This document shows positions 30,340 through 44,700 of a stretch of DNA of 64,000 nucleotides, in pieces; position 1 is the stretch's first letter; every line of letters starts with the position of its first letter. Under the pieces are notes generated by a model that was given only the letters and a program-made list of their open reading frames with translations, was not told the origin of the DNA and made no database searches. Origin of the DNA: Clostridia bacterium (lineage in GTDB: Bacteria; Bacillota; Clostridia; TANB77; CAG-508); contig JAZUKV010000002.1 of the NCBI GenBank assembly GCA_045643465.1, positions 3,085-67,084 on the forward strand, in the 5' to 3' direction. The position numbers and the translations under genes are program-made.

Positions 30340-31170
30340 ATGTCAGATATTTGTTTTATTGGTGGAGATGCTAGAAATTGCTTATTAGCAAAAATGTTTG
30401 AGGAAGATGGAAAAAGTGTAATTAGGTGTGGATTAAAAGGACAAAATGTTTCTTTTGAAGAGATAAAATTATTAAGTTATGATATTATAATTACAGCAAT
30501 TCCTTTTTCAAATGATAAGGTTACAGTAAATTCAAGCTTAGAAGAAAAAATTCTAATTGAAGATTTTATTGCGAATATTAAATGCAAAACTATATATGGT
30601 GGAAAATTTGCACCAGATATTTTGAAAAGATTAGAGGAAAATGGAAATAAAGTAATAGATGTTATGAAAATAAATGAATTAGCTATAAAGAATGCAATTC
30701 CTACTGCTGAAGGTGTTATAAAGATTATTATAGAAAACACAGATATCACAATAAATGATAGCAATATTGCAATATTAGGATTTGGAAAAGTTGGTAAGAA
30801 GGTATCAGAGCTATTAAAGAAATTAGGAGCTAATATATTTGTGTATGATATAAATCAAGAAGAGGTTGCAAATATTAAAATGTACGGTTATAATGTATTA
30901 AAAGATATTAGCGATGGTTTAACTGGAAAAGATGTAATTGTAAATACGGTACCAGAAGTTATTATAAATCAAACGAATTTTGATAAAATAATGAAAGAAA
31001 CTCTAATAATTGATATTGCATCAAAACCTGGAGGAATTGATTATAGCTATCAAAACATTAATGATTATAAATGTATTCAGGCATTAGGGTTACCAGGTAA
31101 AATTGCTCCAAAAACAGCAGCTAAATATATAAAAGATATTATAGAAAGTTATAGTAATATGAGGTGTTAA
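30340..31170 (+). CDS. dpaA: Dipicolinate synthase subunit A (DpaA/SpoVFA) family NAD(P)-binding protein, with no dpaB partner nearby
   Basis: The DpaA signature motifs are present: IGGDAR, IPTAEG, GFGKVGKK, ASKPGGID and LPGKIAPKTA. Confidence 0.8.
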   Translation: MSDICFIGGDARNCLLAKMFEEDGKSVIRCGLKGQNVSFEEIKLLSYDIIITAIPFSNDKVTVNSSLEEKILIEDFIANIKCKTIYGGKFAPDILKRLEENGNKVIDVMKINELAIKNAIPTAEGVIKIIIENTDITINDSNIAILGFGKVGKKVSELLKKLGANIFVYDINQEEVANIKMYGYNVLKDISDGLTGKDVIVNTVPEVIINQTNFDKIMKETLIIDIASKPGGIDYSYQNINDYKCIQALGLPGKIAPKTAAKYIKDIIESYSNMRC

Positions 31171-31364
31171 TTATGATGAAGAATGAAAAGGGTAATGCAT
31201 ATATTAATTGGGTTATTGCAATATTAGTTATTTTAATATTAGCAGCTATAACAATTAAAGTATTATGCGGCGAGACAGGGCTTATTCAACAATGGAAAGA
31301 AGAAAAAGCTAGAAATTCATTAGAAAATAATATAGTTATTGAATTAAAAGATTCTAATAATTAA
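31164..31364 (+). CDS. Small membrane protein of 66 aa, hypothetical
   Basis: There is a single transmembrane segment (WVIAILVILILAAITI). It overlaps the end of dpaA, and the start is uncertain. Confidence 0.4.
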   Translation: MLIMMKNEKGNAYINWVIAILVILILAAITIKVLCGETGLIQQWKEEKARNSLENNIVIELKDSNN

Positions 31365-31380
31365 TTAGAAGGAGTTACAA

Positions 31381-32283
31381 ATGAAAGTTGGAATTGACTT
31401 AGGTGGGAGCCATATTGGAATTGGCTTAATTAATGAAGATAATATTATAATTAGCAAGAATGAAACATTTATAAAATCATCAAATATAGAAAATTTAGAA
31501 GAATATATAGAAAATTTTATAGTGGAAACTTTAAGTAATTGGATTTATAAAGAAAATTATGAAATTACAAAAGTTGGAATAGGTATTCCAGGGATGGTAA
31601 TTGACAATGTACTAAAGTATAGTGTTAATTTAGGCATATCAGATTTTGATTTAGTATCTAAATTAAAAAATCATTTTCCTAATATTAATTTTTGTATAAA
31701 AAATGATGCAAAATGTGCAGCATTAGCAGAAAAAAATGTAGGAGCATTGAAGTCATTTGATGATTGTATTTTTCTTTGTTTAGGAACTGGAATAGGTGGT
31801 GCCGCTTTTTATAATGGGAAGATGGTGGAACCTAAAAGGTGCGCTGGATTTGAATATGGGCATATAATTATTCAGAAAGATGGAGATGTATGTAGATGTG
31901 GAAGTAAAGGGTGTTTTGAGCAATATGCATCTATGAGAAAATTCAAAAATTTAATGAAATACAATCTTAATTTAGATGATGAAATAGAAGGTCAGGAGCT
32001 AAAAAGAATTATTTTAGAGAATAAAGAGAATCCGATTGTAAAAAATGTTATAGATGAATTTATAAATAATTTATGTATTGGTATTTCTAATATAGTAAAT
32101 ATATTAGAGCCACAAGCTATTTGTATTGGTGGGGGTTTTTCAGAATATAAAGATCTTTTATTAGAAGATTTAAGAAAAGAATTTTATAGTAAAAAATATT
32201 TATTTTATAAAGATAATATGCCTGAGATACTTATTGCAGAATTGGAAAACGATGCTGGAATAATTGGTAGCACATTTATATAA
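31381..32283 (+). CDS. ROK-family sugar kinase (glucokinase-like)
   Basis: The N-terminus is VGIDLGGSHIG and the zinc motif is C-R-C-G-S-K-G-C-x-E. The RBS is aggag. Confidence 0.85.
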   Translation: MKVGIDLGGSHIGIGLINEDNIIISKNETFIKSSNIENLEEYIENFIVETLSNWIYKENYEITKVGIGIPGMVIDNVLKYSVNLGISDFDLVSKLKNHFPNINFCIKNDAKCAALAEKNVGALKSFDDCIFLCLGTGIGGAAFYNGKMVEPKRCAGFEYGHIIIQKDGDVCRCGSKGCFEQYASMRKFKNLMKYNLNLDDEIEGQELKRIILENKENPIVKNVIDEFINNLCIGISNIVNILEPQAICIGGGFSEYKDLLLEDLRKEFYSKKYLFYKDNMPEILIAELENDAGIIGSTFI

Positions 32284-32289
32284 AATTAA

Positions 32290-32322
32290 AAAAGATAGAA
32301 ACTGAAGTTTCTATCTTTTTTT
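32290..32322 (+). terminator. Rho-independent terminator, probably bidirectional
   Basis: The stem agatagaaac / gtttctatct is followed by tttttttt. Confidence 0.8.
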
Positions 32323-32414
<92 letters not shown>

Positions 32415-32791
32415 GTTTGGAACATTATTATATTAGCATAGAGTTATTGGAATGTCAAGCAAAAAATCTAAAAAAATTTTCAAATTTTTTATGAATTTGA
32501 TTAATAATTGATTGCATAATTCTATATTATAATTTGCCAGTAAAATGTATATATAATTTAACTAACAATAATTATTGTGAAGTGCTATATTCCGTAAGTT
32601 CCACATGAATTTTTAAAGAGCTATTTGTCCATATATTGGTAATATGTATTATAAATGTAACATAAATGAAACAATCCATGTAAAGCATAAATCCGTAATA
32701 AAATTTAAAAGCAAACAGAAAAATGAAATTTGCATCTAATAATTTTAATGTATAAAATTTTATAAATTAAAAAGTTAGGAAGGTTATATTA

Positions 32792-35700
32792 ATGAAAAGA
32801 TTAAGTTTTTTGAAATGGGTAGTATTCATATGCATTTTTATAATAATTGGCTTATTCTTTAATGAAAGACAGTCAAATGCAGAAGGTACAAGGGATATGT
32901 ATGATTATACAATAGGAGGTTCAAGTACTTCATCAAATGTAAATGATAGATGGTTTTTTGATAATTATCTAGAATCTTTTACTGGTGATTCCGTTTACTA
33001 TAATGGAGACATTAAAAATAATACAGTTATAAATGTGTACGCAAATGAAGGTGAAAAGATAAAGTTTGCATCTTCTGGATCAGAATTGGAAATAACATAT
33101 CCAAGTGGCAGTAAAGAAAATGTGTCTATCGAGCAAATTAATGGGAGTGACGGATTTATTTATAGTTCTGTTGAAGAGAAAAGTAAATCATATAAATATT
33201 TAGAAATAGTTGCAACTGAAACTGGAGTGTATACATTTTATTTAAAAAATCAAAACTATTGTTCATCTGATACTAATGCAATGATAGATATTTATAATGT
33301 TAATAGTACACTTCCATTTTCATCTCAAGATAAGGATAGATATATTTCAGCGTGGGATATTCAAGTTGAAGGTTTAGATGGTAATGATATAAATGGTAGA
33401 GTTTGGATGGATTACGTTTCTGTGTATAGAGGATATAGTAAAACAAATAATAATTCGCATGGTAATGTTAAGCTACACATTCTTACAAGTGATGGATATA
33501 CTTATTTAATGAAATGCGATGGTATGGATCCTGGAGGAATGAATTTCTTTATAGGAACAAGAGGTTTAATTAATGCACAAACAAATGAAATTTTATACAA
33601 GTCTGTTCCAGATTATACGATAGGTAATTCTGTGTATATGCCAGTGCCAACGAATGGAGAAACTAAGGAAGATAAATATGGAAAAATTTTCTTTAATATT
33701 CCTTCAGATGATTTACCTGATTATATAAAGCCAGAAATAAAAGAAAGTCAAATTACAAAAAAAATAGAATTTAATGGAAGTGAACATAAAGGAGAAGAAA
33801 AAAGTTCTGGAATCTTTACTTTTTCTGTAGACCATAGTGCTTTGTATACTATTAGAATAAAAAATCAAAATACAAATGCAGTTGTAAGAGAGATAAGCAA
33901 TGTTGCATATGAAGGTGAAAATACAGTAATATGGGATGGAAAAGATTCTAGTGGTAATTATGCAATTCCAGGTACATATGTTGCTGAACTTGAAGTTAGA
34001 AATGGTGAATATCATTTTATACTAAATGATGTTGAAACTATCCATACAGGTATAACGATTACTTCAGAAGAAAATGAAAGTTCTACTATTTATTACGATA
34101 ACTCAGATATTGGTGGATATTCAAATTTAAGTGGTACAGATTCTAAAGAAACACCATTTAATTATTCGACGGATTTTGGAGATCATAAATTTATTAATAT
34201 ATGGGCATATACGAATGTAAAAAATTCAACTGAGTTTTTTATACTTGAAAATCAAACTATACAAAAATATATACTTAAAGGATTAGTTTTTAAGGATAAC
34301 GATAAAAATAGAGCATATAGTACATTAGTCGATGATCCTATAAGTGAAGTTAAAATAAAAATTATAAATGAAACAACTAGTGAGGAATTTGAAGCGTATA
34401 CTACATCAAATGGTGGGTTTAGTATAAATGTTCCTGTTGGAAGATATACTGTAAAAGTTGCAGATGAAAGTAAGCAGGATGTATTAGCTGGCTATACTGT
34501 AGTTACTAATAATGATGTTCAAACGGCTATTAATGTATCAAGTGATGTTACAATACAAGATATTGGATATGCAATGAATTACAAAAATATAAAGATAGTA
34601 AAAAAATGGGATGATGAAAATAATGCATTTGGTGCTAGACCAGATAAAATTCACATTAAATTGATGAATGGTGATGTCGTAGCTAGAGAAGCAGATGTTA
34701 CAGATGAAAATTGGGAATATATTTTTGAAAAAGTTCCAATATATGATGAGAATGAAGATATTATTAAGTACACTATTGTTGAAGATGATATTCAAAATTA
34801 TGAATTAGTTGAAACGACAAAAGTTCAGTCAGATGATATTGAGACATATATTTTAAAAAACAGAAGAGAAAAGACTAAGATTATTGTAAGAAAAGTATGG
34901 GATGACTTTAATAATAGAGATGGTTTAAGACCGGATTCTATAAATATTAATGTATTGTGTGGATTAAAATTAATTAAAGTGCAAGAGCTAAATGCAAAAA
35001 ATAATTGGCAATGTGAGATATTAGTAGATAAATACGATGCTTTAAATGAGGAACAACAATATATTGTTGTTGAAGATGAAATTGAAAATTATTCTTCAGA
35101 AAAAGAGATTTTAGAGGTTAAAGATAATACTCAAACAATACAGTTTACTAACACTCAAAAAACTATAGCAATTGAAGTGTTAAAAACTTGGATAGACAAT
35201 AACAATGCAGATAATACTAGACCAGATTCAATTACAGTACAAATTTTGAACAATAATAACATGGTAGCTGAACATGAGATTACAAAAGATGAAATGTGGA
35301 AATATACTTTTGTTGGATTACCAAAATATGATGATGATGGTAATGTAATTACATATGAGATAAAAGAAAATGCAATTGATGGGTACAGATTAAATAATAT
35401 AGATACAAATGTTTTAGTAACATCAGAAAATAATTTAGATACATTTGAGCTTATAAATGAATATGATAAAACGAATATTAAAGTTAATAAGATATGGGAT
35501 GATTTTGATAATGCTGAGAACACGAGACCCGAATTTATTACTGTTCAGATTTTGAATGGTGAATCAGTTGTAGTAGAGCGTGAAATTACAGCTGATGATA
35601 ATTGGGCATATACATTTAGAAATCTTAATAAATTTGATGAAGAAGGAAAGGAAATTAATTATTTTGTAAGGGAAACGGATTTAGCAGATTACGAAATGAC

Positions 35701-38700
35701 TAGTCTTAAAAATAATGGAAAGCTAATGAACGTTGATGAAGAAATAGAAATTGAAACATCAGATTATTGGAAAAAAAATGAAGATGGTACATGGCAAAGT
35801 ACAAATACTGCATATAGTGGTATTTCAGGGAAATTAAAATCAGAAATATTTGAAGTTACTCGTCCTACAACATTAAATTTTGAAATGTCTGTATCTTGCT
35901 ATCAAGCAAGTGGAAATGGGTTATATTATACACTTAAAAATATAGATACAGATACAACTATAGTATCAACAAACAATGCAAAAATAAGTGGAACATCAAG
36001 AGGAATAGTATATAATTATTTACAATATGATAAAGTAAGTATACCTCTCGAAAATCCTGGAAGATACCAAATTGAGTTTGTTATTAATAAATATCAAGAT
36101 GGAAGCGGAACATTATATGGGCTGAATTCAGGATTTGTTAGAAATCTTTCAGTTAAAAAAGAAGGAACAACTGAAGAAGTAGAAATTACAAACAAATATA
36201 CAAAGAAAAATATTACTGTTAAGAAAAATTGGGATGATTTTAATAATTATGATAATTCTAGACCAGAAACTATAACGGTACAATTAAAAAATGGGGAAAA
36301 TGTAGTTAGAGAGCATGAAATTAAGGAAGAAGATAACTGGGAATATACATTTAAAAATCTTGATGTTTATAATCAAGATGGAAGTGTAATTGAATATACA
36401 GTTTCTGAAAATAATGTTGAAGGTTATACACTTGTAGATCAAAATAATATTGGTAAAAGATATACAGTAAATGTACCAGTAACATTTGAGGAATCATCCA
36501 CTTGGATACAAAATGATGATGAAACATGGAAAAGTACAAACTCTGGGGATTATACTAGGGCAACTATAAAGTCCAATAAGTTTATTGTAAGAGATCCAAC
36601 GACTTTAAATTTTGATATGTCAGTATCTTCATATAATAGCTCTGCATATGGTTTATATTATATAGTTAAAAATGCAGATACAAACGTAACAATTGCAGAT
36701 ACAAGTAATAAGATGATATATGGAACATCAAGAGGATCTGTATATGAAAGTTTAAGTTATGATCATATTGAAATACCTATATCTGAAACTGGTGAATATA
36801 TAATTGAATTTTATTTTTATAAATATGGAAATGTAGGATTAAACGCAGGATTTTTTAAAAACATATATTTTAAACAAACAGGATATACTGAAGAAATAGA
36901 TATTACAAATAAATATAACCAAATAAATATTGAAGTTGAAAAAAAATGGGAAGATTTTAATAATATTAATAATGTAAGACCAGAGTCAATTAATGTTCAA
37001 TTAATGAATGGAGATACTGTTGTTAGAACAGGGGAGATTTTGGCAAGTAATGATTGGAAATTAAAATTTAACAACTTAGATAAGTATGATTCTAATGGAA
37101 ATAAAATAAATTATGTTATTAAAGAAGATAAACTTGAGAACTATGTACTTACAAAACAAGAAGAAACAGGATTGAAATTTGATGATATAAAAGAAATAGA
37201 TTTTGATACATCATATTATTGGAGTAAAAATGCAGATAATGTGTGGACAACTACTAATTCTAGTAAATTAAATTCAAAAGAAATAGTATTAACTGGTCCT
37301 TCTATTATTAGTTTTGATATGTCTGTATCATGTTATTCATCAAGTTCATGTGGTGCATATTATACATTGACTAATGTTGATACCAATCAGGTTGTAGTAA
37401 CAACTTCTAATAATAAATTAAATGGTACGTCTTTAGGAACTGTATATTCAAATTTAAAATATAATCATATAGAGATTCCTATTGAAACTGCAGGTAAATA
37501 TGTACTAGAATTAGGATATGAAAAATACGGATCAAATACAGGTGGAAGTTATGGATTAAATGCTCCTTACTTTAAAAATGTAAACTGTATTTCGCCTAGA
37601 AATACAGTGCAAATGGAGATTACTAACGAATTAAATACAACAAATTTGAAGATTAACAAAAAGTGGAATGATTTTGACAATAATTATAATGTAAGACCTG
37701 ATTCAGTTATGGTAGAAGTTTTTGATGGAGAAAATATAGTGGCAGAGCATGAAATTAAACAAGATGAAGATTGGACTTATACATTCAAAAATTTAAAGAA
37801 ATGCAACGAAAATGGAGAGCAAATAAAATATACTGTTAGAGAGAAAAATTTGGAAAACTATAAATTAGGTTTACAAGAAAACAAAGGATTTTTGTACGAT
37901 ATAGGACGAGATGTAGAAATAGATAGTTATAATTATTGGACAAAAAATACTGATGATGATACATGGAAATCAAATAATACATCTAGTGGTTCAACAGCAA
38001 CATTGACATCAAAGATAATAAATATAGATAAAGAATGTATTTTAAGTTTTGATATTTCAGTTTCTTCATATGATGTTTCAAGTAATTATGGATTAGGATA
38101 TACTTTAAAAAATGCAGATACAAATACTACTATTGTAACTACAACAAATGCCAGAATTAAAGGAACTTCAAGAGGAACATCATATGATAGCTTAAAATAT
38201 GATAGAGTGGAAATTCCAATACAAACACCAGGTAATTATATAATTGAATTTAACTATTATAGGTATTCATCATCTAGTGGTGGAAACTATGGCTTAAATT
38301 CGGGATTTGTTAAAAATATTAAAGTATTTGAAAAAGGTATTACTCAGGATATTGATATAACAAACGAATTAAATATTATAAATTTAAAAGTTGATAAAAA
38401 TTGGTTGGATGCTAAAAATGTTGAGGGCAAAAGACCAGAAAAAATTCATGTAAGTGTTATGAATGGGGAAAATCAAGTTGCAGAGCATGACATTACAGCA
38501 GCAGATGATTGGACATATACTTTTACAAATCTAAAAAAATATGATGAAAATGAAAATGATATAGAATATGTAATAAACGAAGATCCTATTGATAATTACG
38601 TTAAAACAAACCAAAAAGATAAAGGTTTTGCAATTGATAAAAGAGCTGACGTTTCTTTAGAATCTGTTAATGATTGGACATTAAGAGCTGATGGAACATG

Positions 38701-41700
38701 GGAAACTGTAATAACAAGTAACAAAACAGATATATTAAGAGGAAACTTTACTATTGAAGATCCTACTACATTAGAATTTGATATATCAGTTTCAACATAT
38801 AACAGCAAATCATATGGATTATATTATATATTGAAAAATATAGATACAAATGAAACAATAATAACAACAAATAATAATAAGCTGTATGGTACAAGTAGAG
38901 GAACAGTATACGAAAATTTACAATTTGAACATGTAGCTATTCCAATTGAGAAGGCAGGTAATTATCAACTTGAATTTAATTATTATAGATATCAAAATTC
39001 TACTGGTGGTTCAAATGGATTAAATACAGCTTATGTTAAAAATGTTTTTTATAAAGAAAAGGCAAATACAAAAAATATTGAAATTACCAACGAGTATGAC
39101 AAGGTTGATTTAATGGTTAGAAAAAATTGGAATGATTATTTTAATTATTATGAAAGTCAACCAGATGCAATACATGTTAAATTGATGAATGGAGATTCAC
39201 TTGTTGATGAACATGACATTACAAAAGAAAATGAATGGGAATATACTTTTACAAATATTGATAAATTCGATGAAAATGGAAATAAAATAAATTACACTAT
39301 TGTTGAGGATGCAGTTAATAATTATGATTTTGTTGATACAAAGAAAATTGAAAATCTTAAGGGGGCTAGTTCAAAAATTAATATGCAAAGTTCAGCACAG
39401 TGGAATGAAATTGATGATGGAACATGGCAAAGCAAAGGTGTAAGTAATGATAATATTGACAGAATAGTTTCAGAAAGTTTTACAGTTGAAAAAGCAGGTG
39501 AAATAGATTTTGATGTTTCAGTTTCAGCTTATAATGTAAATTCATATGGATTGTATTATGAAGTAAAAAATGTTGAAACTGGTGAAACAGTAGTTACAAC
39601 TGTTAACAATAAATTGGTAGGTATAGATAGAGGAATTGAATATGCTAGTCTAAAATATGACCATATAAATATTCCAATAGAGCAACCAGGAGTATATCAA
39701 ATAGAGTTTTGCTATAGAAGATATACTGGAAGCACAGGTGGAAGTTATGGATTAAATGCAGGATTTTTTAAAAACCTTAGATATACAGAATATAAAAATA
39801 TAGAAATTATAGAAATAACAAATCAATATAATAAAGTAAATGTAGAAGTAACTAAAATTTGGAGAGATGCAGATAATAAATATGGGGTTAGACCAGAGTC
39901 AATTCATGTTAAACTATTTAATGGACAAAATGTTGTAGCTGAGCATGATATAACAGCTGAAAATAATTGGTCATATGTATTTAGAGATATTGATAAAAAC
40001 GATGAAAATGGGAATAAAATTAATTATAGTGTTTTGGAAGATTCAGTAGATGAATATATGTACGTTGGACAAAAAAATAATGGATTATTACGTAATACGC
40101 AAATTGATTTAAAATTCGAAGAATCTGATCAATGGAAACAAAATGATGATGGAACTTGGCAATCTTTAGATTTCATGTATGAAAATGTGGCTAAATCGGA
40201 GCCTTTTAAAATTACAGAGCCAGTAACATTAAGTTTTGATGCTTCTGTGTCAACTTATTCAAGAACGGGTTATGGCTTATATTATGTATTAACTAATTTA
40301 GATACAAATACTGAAATTGTAAATACTAATAGTAATAGGATAAACGGAACTGATAGAGGTACTGTTTATGAAGATTTACAATATGACAATATAAAAATCG
40401 AAATTAATGAGCCTGGAAGATATCAATTAAAATTCATACATCAAAGATATGGATATACAGGTGGTAGTTATGGATTAGATGCAGGTTTCTTTAAAAATGC
40501 TAAATATTTTATTTCAACAAATACAGAAGGTATTGAAATCACAAATGAGTTAAATTCAAAAAATATATGTGTAACAAAAACATGGGATGATGATAATAAT
40601 CTTACTGGCAACAGACCAAGCTCAATTAATGTAAGTCTATATGGAAATGGAAGTTTGGTAGATAGCAAGGAAATAACTTCGGATAATGATTGGAATGTAA
40701 AATTTGAAAATGTAAAAAAATATGATACAAATGGGGAAATTATTAAATATGATGTTACTGAAGAAGATGTTGACAAATACATTTGTACAAACATTGAAAA
40801 AACAGGTAATATTGATAAATATAGTCTTGAAGGAAAAACGATTGATCAATGGAGCAAAAATGATGATGGAGTATGGGAAAGCACAAGTTCGAATAATTAT
40901 AATCCCGCAAATATAACATTTAAAGATATAGATGTTATTGAAAAAGGTATATTGAGTTTTGATATGTCAGTTTCATCTTTTGAATATGAAGGATATGGAT
41001 TATCATATTCTGTTAAAAATGTAAATACGAATTCTGTAATTGCAGATACAACATGGAATAAAATTAATGGTATATCAAGAGGAAATGAATATTCAAACTT
41101 AAAATATGAGCATGTTGATATTCCTATAGATGAACCAGGTAAATATGAAATATCATTTATTTTTAATGGATATTACAATTATGTTGGTGGTAATTATGGA
41201 TTAAACAAAGGTTTTATCAAAAATATATCATTTGAAGAATCTATAGCAGCTGAAAAATTTAATTTAACAAATAAATGTAATGTTAAAAATGTATACTTAA
41301 AAAAGGTTTGGGATGATAATAATAACGAGAAGAATGCAAGACCAAGTTCTATAACAGTAAATGTTAAAAATGGTACAGAAATTGCTGCAACTACAACTGT
41401 TTCGGAAAGTGATAACTGGGAAGCTGTTATAAATAACTTACCTATATGTGATACAAATGGTGAGATTAATTATACTTTTGAAGAGGCACCAATAGAAAAT
41501 TACAAATTAGAATCTATTGAGTTAAAAGACGATGAAAATTATGTAACAATGAATGAAAATGAAGAAGAGTATCCATGGATTTATGAAAACGGAATATGGC
41601 AAAGTGGTAACAAAGGTATAGATTATACTTCATCAAGAGCAACAACAAATAATTTTGAGATAACGGATGGACAATCTCTACATTTTGAATATGCTATTTC

Positions 41701-44700
41701 ATCAGAGAATACATATGATAAAGGGTTGTATTATATATATAATGCTAATACGGGAGAATGTGTAAAATCAAGTGGATACATAAGTGGTGTAACAAGTGGA
41801 TCTACTATTGATACGTTAGTTTTTTCAGAAGAGAATATATATTTGGAAACAGGAACATATTATATTGAATTAAGATATGACAAAGATTCAAGTAATTCTG
41901 ATGGTGCTGATGTATTTTGCATAAAAAATATTTACGTTAAAGATGATCAGCCAACTAAACGACTAGTATTAACTAATAAATATGAAAAATCTAAGGATGA
42001 GCCTGAATTAGTAACTATTTCTGGAACAAAAACTTGGGTAAATGACCATGATAATGCAGATAATACGAGACCAGAAAAAATTACGATCAATTTAATGAAT
42101 GGAAATGATGTTATTGAAAGTAAAGATGTAACACCTGATAATGATGGTAACTGGACATATTCTTTTGAAGCATATAAATATGATGGAGATGGTAATGAAA
42201 TTGCATACACTATCAACGAAGAAAGTATAAATGATTATAGTGCAGAAGTTTCTGGAAGTATTGTTGATGGATTTGAAATCACAAATACATACACAGGTAG
42301 AATAATGAAAACATTTATAATAAACAAGGTGTGGGATGATGAAAATAATAAAGCAAATAAACGTCCAGCATCTGTAAATGTTTCTGTATATAGAGATATT
42401 GAAGGAGTAAAAACTTTAGTAAAAACATATACAATAACAAGTGAAGATATATCAGCAAATACATGGAGTTATGATGTAACTGATTTAGATAAATATGATG
42501 AAAATGGAAATGAAATAGTTTATACATTTGAAGAAGAAGAAATGGGAAGTATATTCTATCAATTCGCTGAATCAAATATTGAAGATAATAAAGTTACTAT
42601 AACGAATAAATTTGAAGTTCCAGATACAAAGGTAAATGCAAAAGTTATAAAAGTTTGGAACGATGAAGAAAACAAGGCAGGTAAGAGATCAAAAGATGTA
42701 ACAGTTACGTTATATGCAAATGGAGAGATTACAGATAAAACATATGTATTAAATGCAGAAAATGTTGTAAACACCGAAAATAGTTGGGAGTATACATTTG
42801 AAGGTTTGAATAAATATGATAATAATGGAGATTCAATTTCATATTCAGTGCAAGAAGTTCTTGACAACAATAATTACGAAATGTCATCAAAGACAGAGTT
42901 TGTTCATGAAATGGGATTTGTATCAACAATTATAAATACATTTAAGAAAAATACGGAGCTAAGAGATATCGTAGTTAAAAAAGTATGGGATGATGAAGGT
43001 AATAAAGCAGGAAAAAGACCAAATGAAATAACTGTTAATCTATTAAATGGGGAAATAATTAAAACTGCGGTTTTGAATGCCGAAAATAACTGGACAGTTA
43101 CATTTGAAGGAATACCAAAATATAATGACCTAAATAATGAAATAGAATATACTGCCGAAGAAACTAATATTACATCAATTTTTTATAAACAAACAAATAA
43201 TACTGGAATTGCAAATGAAAGTGGTGAGATAACAATAACAAATAAATTTGAAGTTCCAGATACTAAAGTGACATTAGATGTTGAAAAAGTATGGGACGAT
43301 AATGACTCAGAAAAAAGACCTGAATATATAAGTGTTCAGTTATTGGCAAATGGAACTGCTGAAGGAACAACAATTACATTAGACAGTACTAAACAATGGG
43401 CTTATACATATAGTGATTTAATTAAATATGATGAAAATGGTAATGAAATTAACTATACAGTAAAAGAGCTTGCAACAAATAATATTTATTATAAAGCTGA
43501 AAATGCTAAATATGATAAAGTTGGAAATAAAGTTACTATAACAAATAAATTTGTAGTACCAGATGAAAAGGTTAAAGTTAAAGTTAACAAGATATGGGAT
43601 GATAATGCTGATAATGCAGAAAAAAGACCTGAGACTTTGGAAATTGAATTATCAAATGGCCAAAAATATATTATGTCTGCAAGTGATGCTGATGTAGTAG
43701 ATAAAAATATTTGGACATATACATTTGAAAACTTAGAAAAATACAATGCACAGAACGGTGACGAAATTGTGTATACTGCAGTTGAAAATTTTGATAATGA
43801 AAATTATACTTCTACAGTGGAAAATAAAGTTGAGAATGGTGTAAAGGTAATTACATTTACAAATAAATATGCTCCAAATACTGAAAAAAGAGATATATTA
43901 GTTGAAAAAATTTGGGAAGACAGTAACAATGTAAATAACAAGAGACCAACATCAATAATTGTAAAATTATCAGATGGTATAACACAAGTTGGTGAAAAAA
44001 CAATGTATGCTGACCAAAATGGTAACTGGACATGCACGTTCAAGGATTTACCAAAATATGATAGTAAAAACAATGAAATTAAATATATAGCAACTGAAAT
44101 ATGCGATTCAATATTCTATGTAGAAAAAACTCATGAAAACGTAATGAACTCAGATGGTAAAATAACAATAACAAATAAATTTGATGTACCAGATGATACT
44201 ATAGATATAGCCGTGAATAAAGTTTGGGATGATGAAAACAACAGAGATGGTAGAAGACCTGAAATTCTAACAATTGTAATTAAAAATGATGCAGATGAAG
44301 AGCTAAAGAGAATAAGTATTTCTGGTAATGAAAAGACTAATGAAGGCTGGAATGGAACATTCAAGGACATGAGAAAATATGATGAAACAACAGGAGATGA
44401 AGCTAAATATAATATAGATGAAGTTGACGAAAATAATAATCTTGAATTATATATTAAGAGCGTTAATGGAACAACTATTACTAATACATATAAATTAAAT
44501 AATCCAAGAATAGAAGATCCAGTAACATCAAAGAATGGCCCAGAGTTTATTTATAGTAGTGATGAAATATTAGAATATACTGTTACTTATACCGCAACGA
44601 TAGTTGATTTCTATGGTGATGCTAATATTAAAATCGTTGACCAATTACCATATGAAATTGACGAAAATTTATCTGATTTAAATGATGGTACTTATGATAA

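Noticed and set aside
31164-31364. Possible type IV pilin or pseudopilin (N-terminal KG followed by a hydrophobic helix)
   Set aside because: It has no G-F-T-L-x-E prepilin peptidase motif, and there is no Glu at position +5.
32415-32791. A clean promoter for the giant adhesin gene
   Set aside because: Several TATAAT-like hexamers occur in this AT-rich 377-bp region (for example 32528–32533), but none has a well-spaced -35 element, so no confident call is made.
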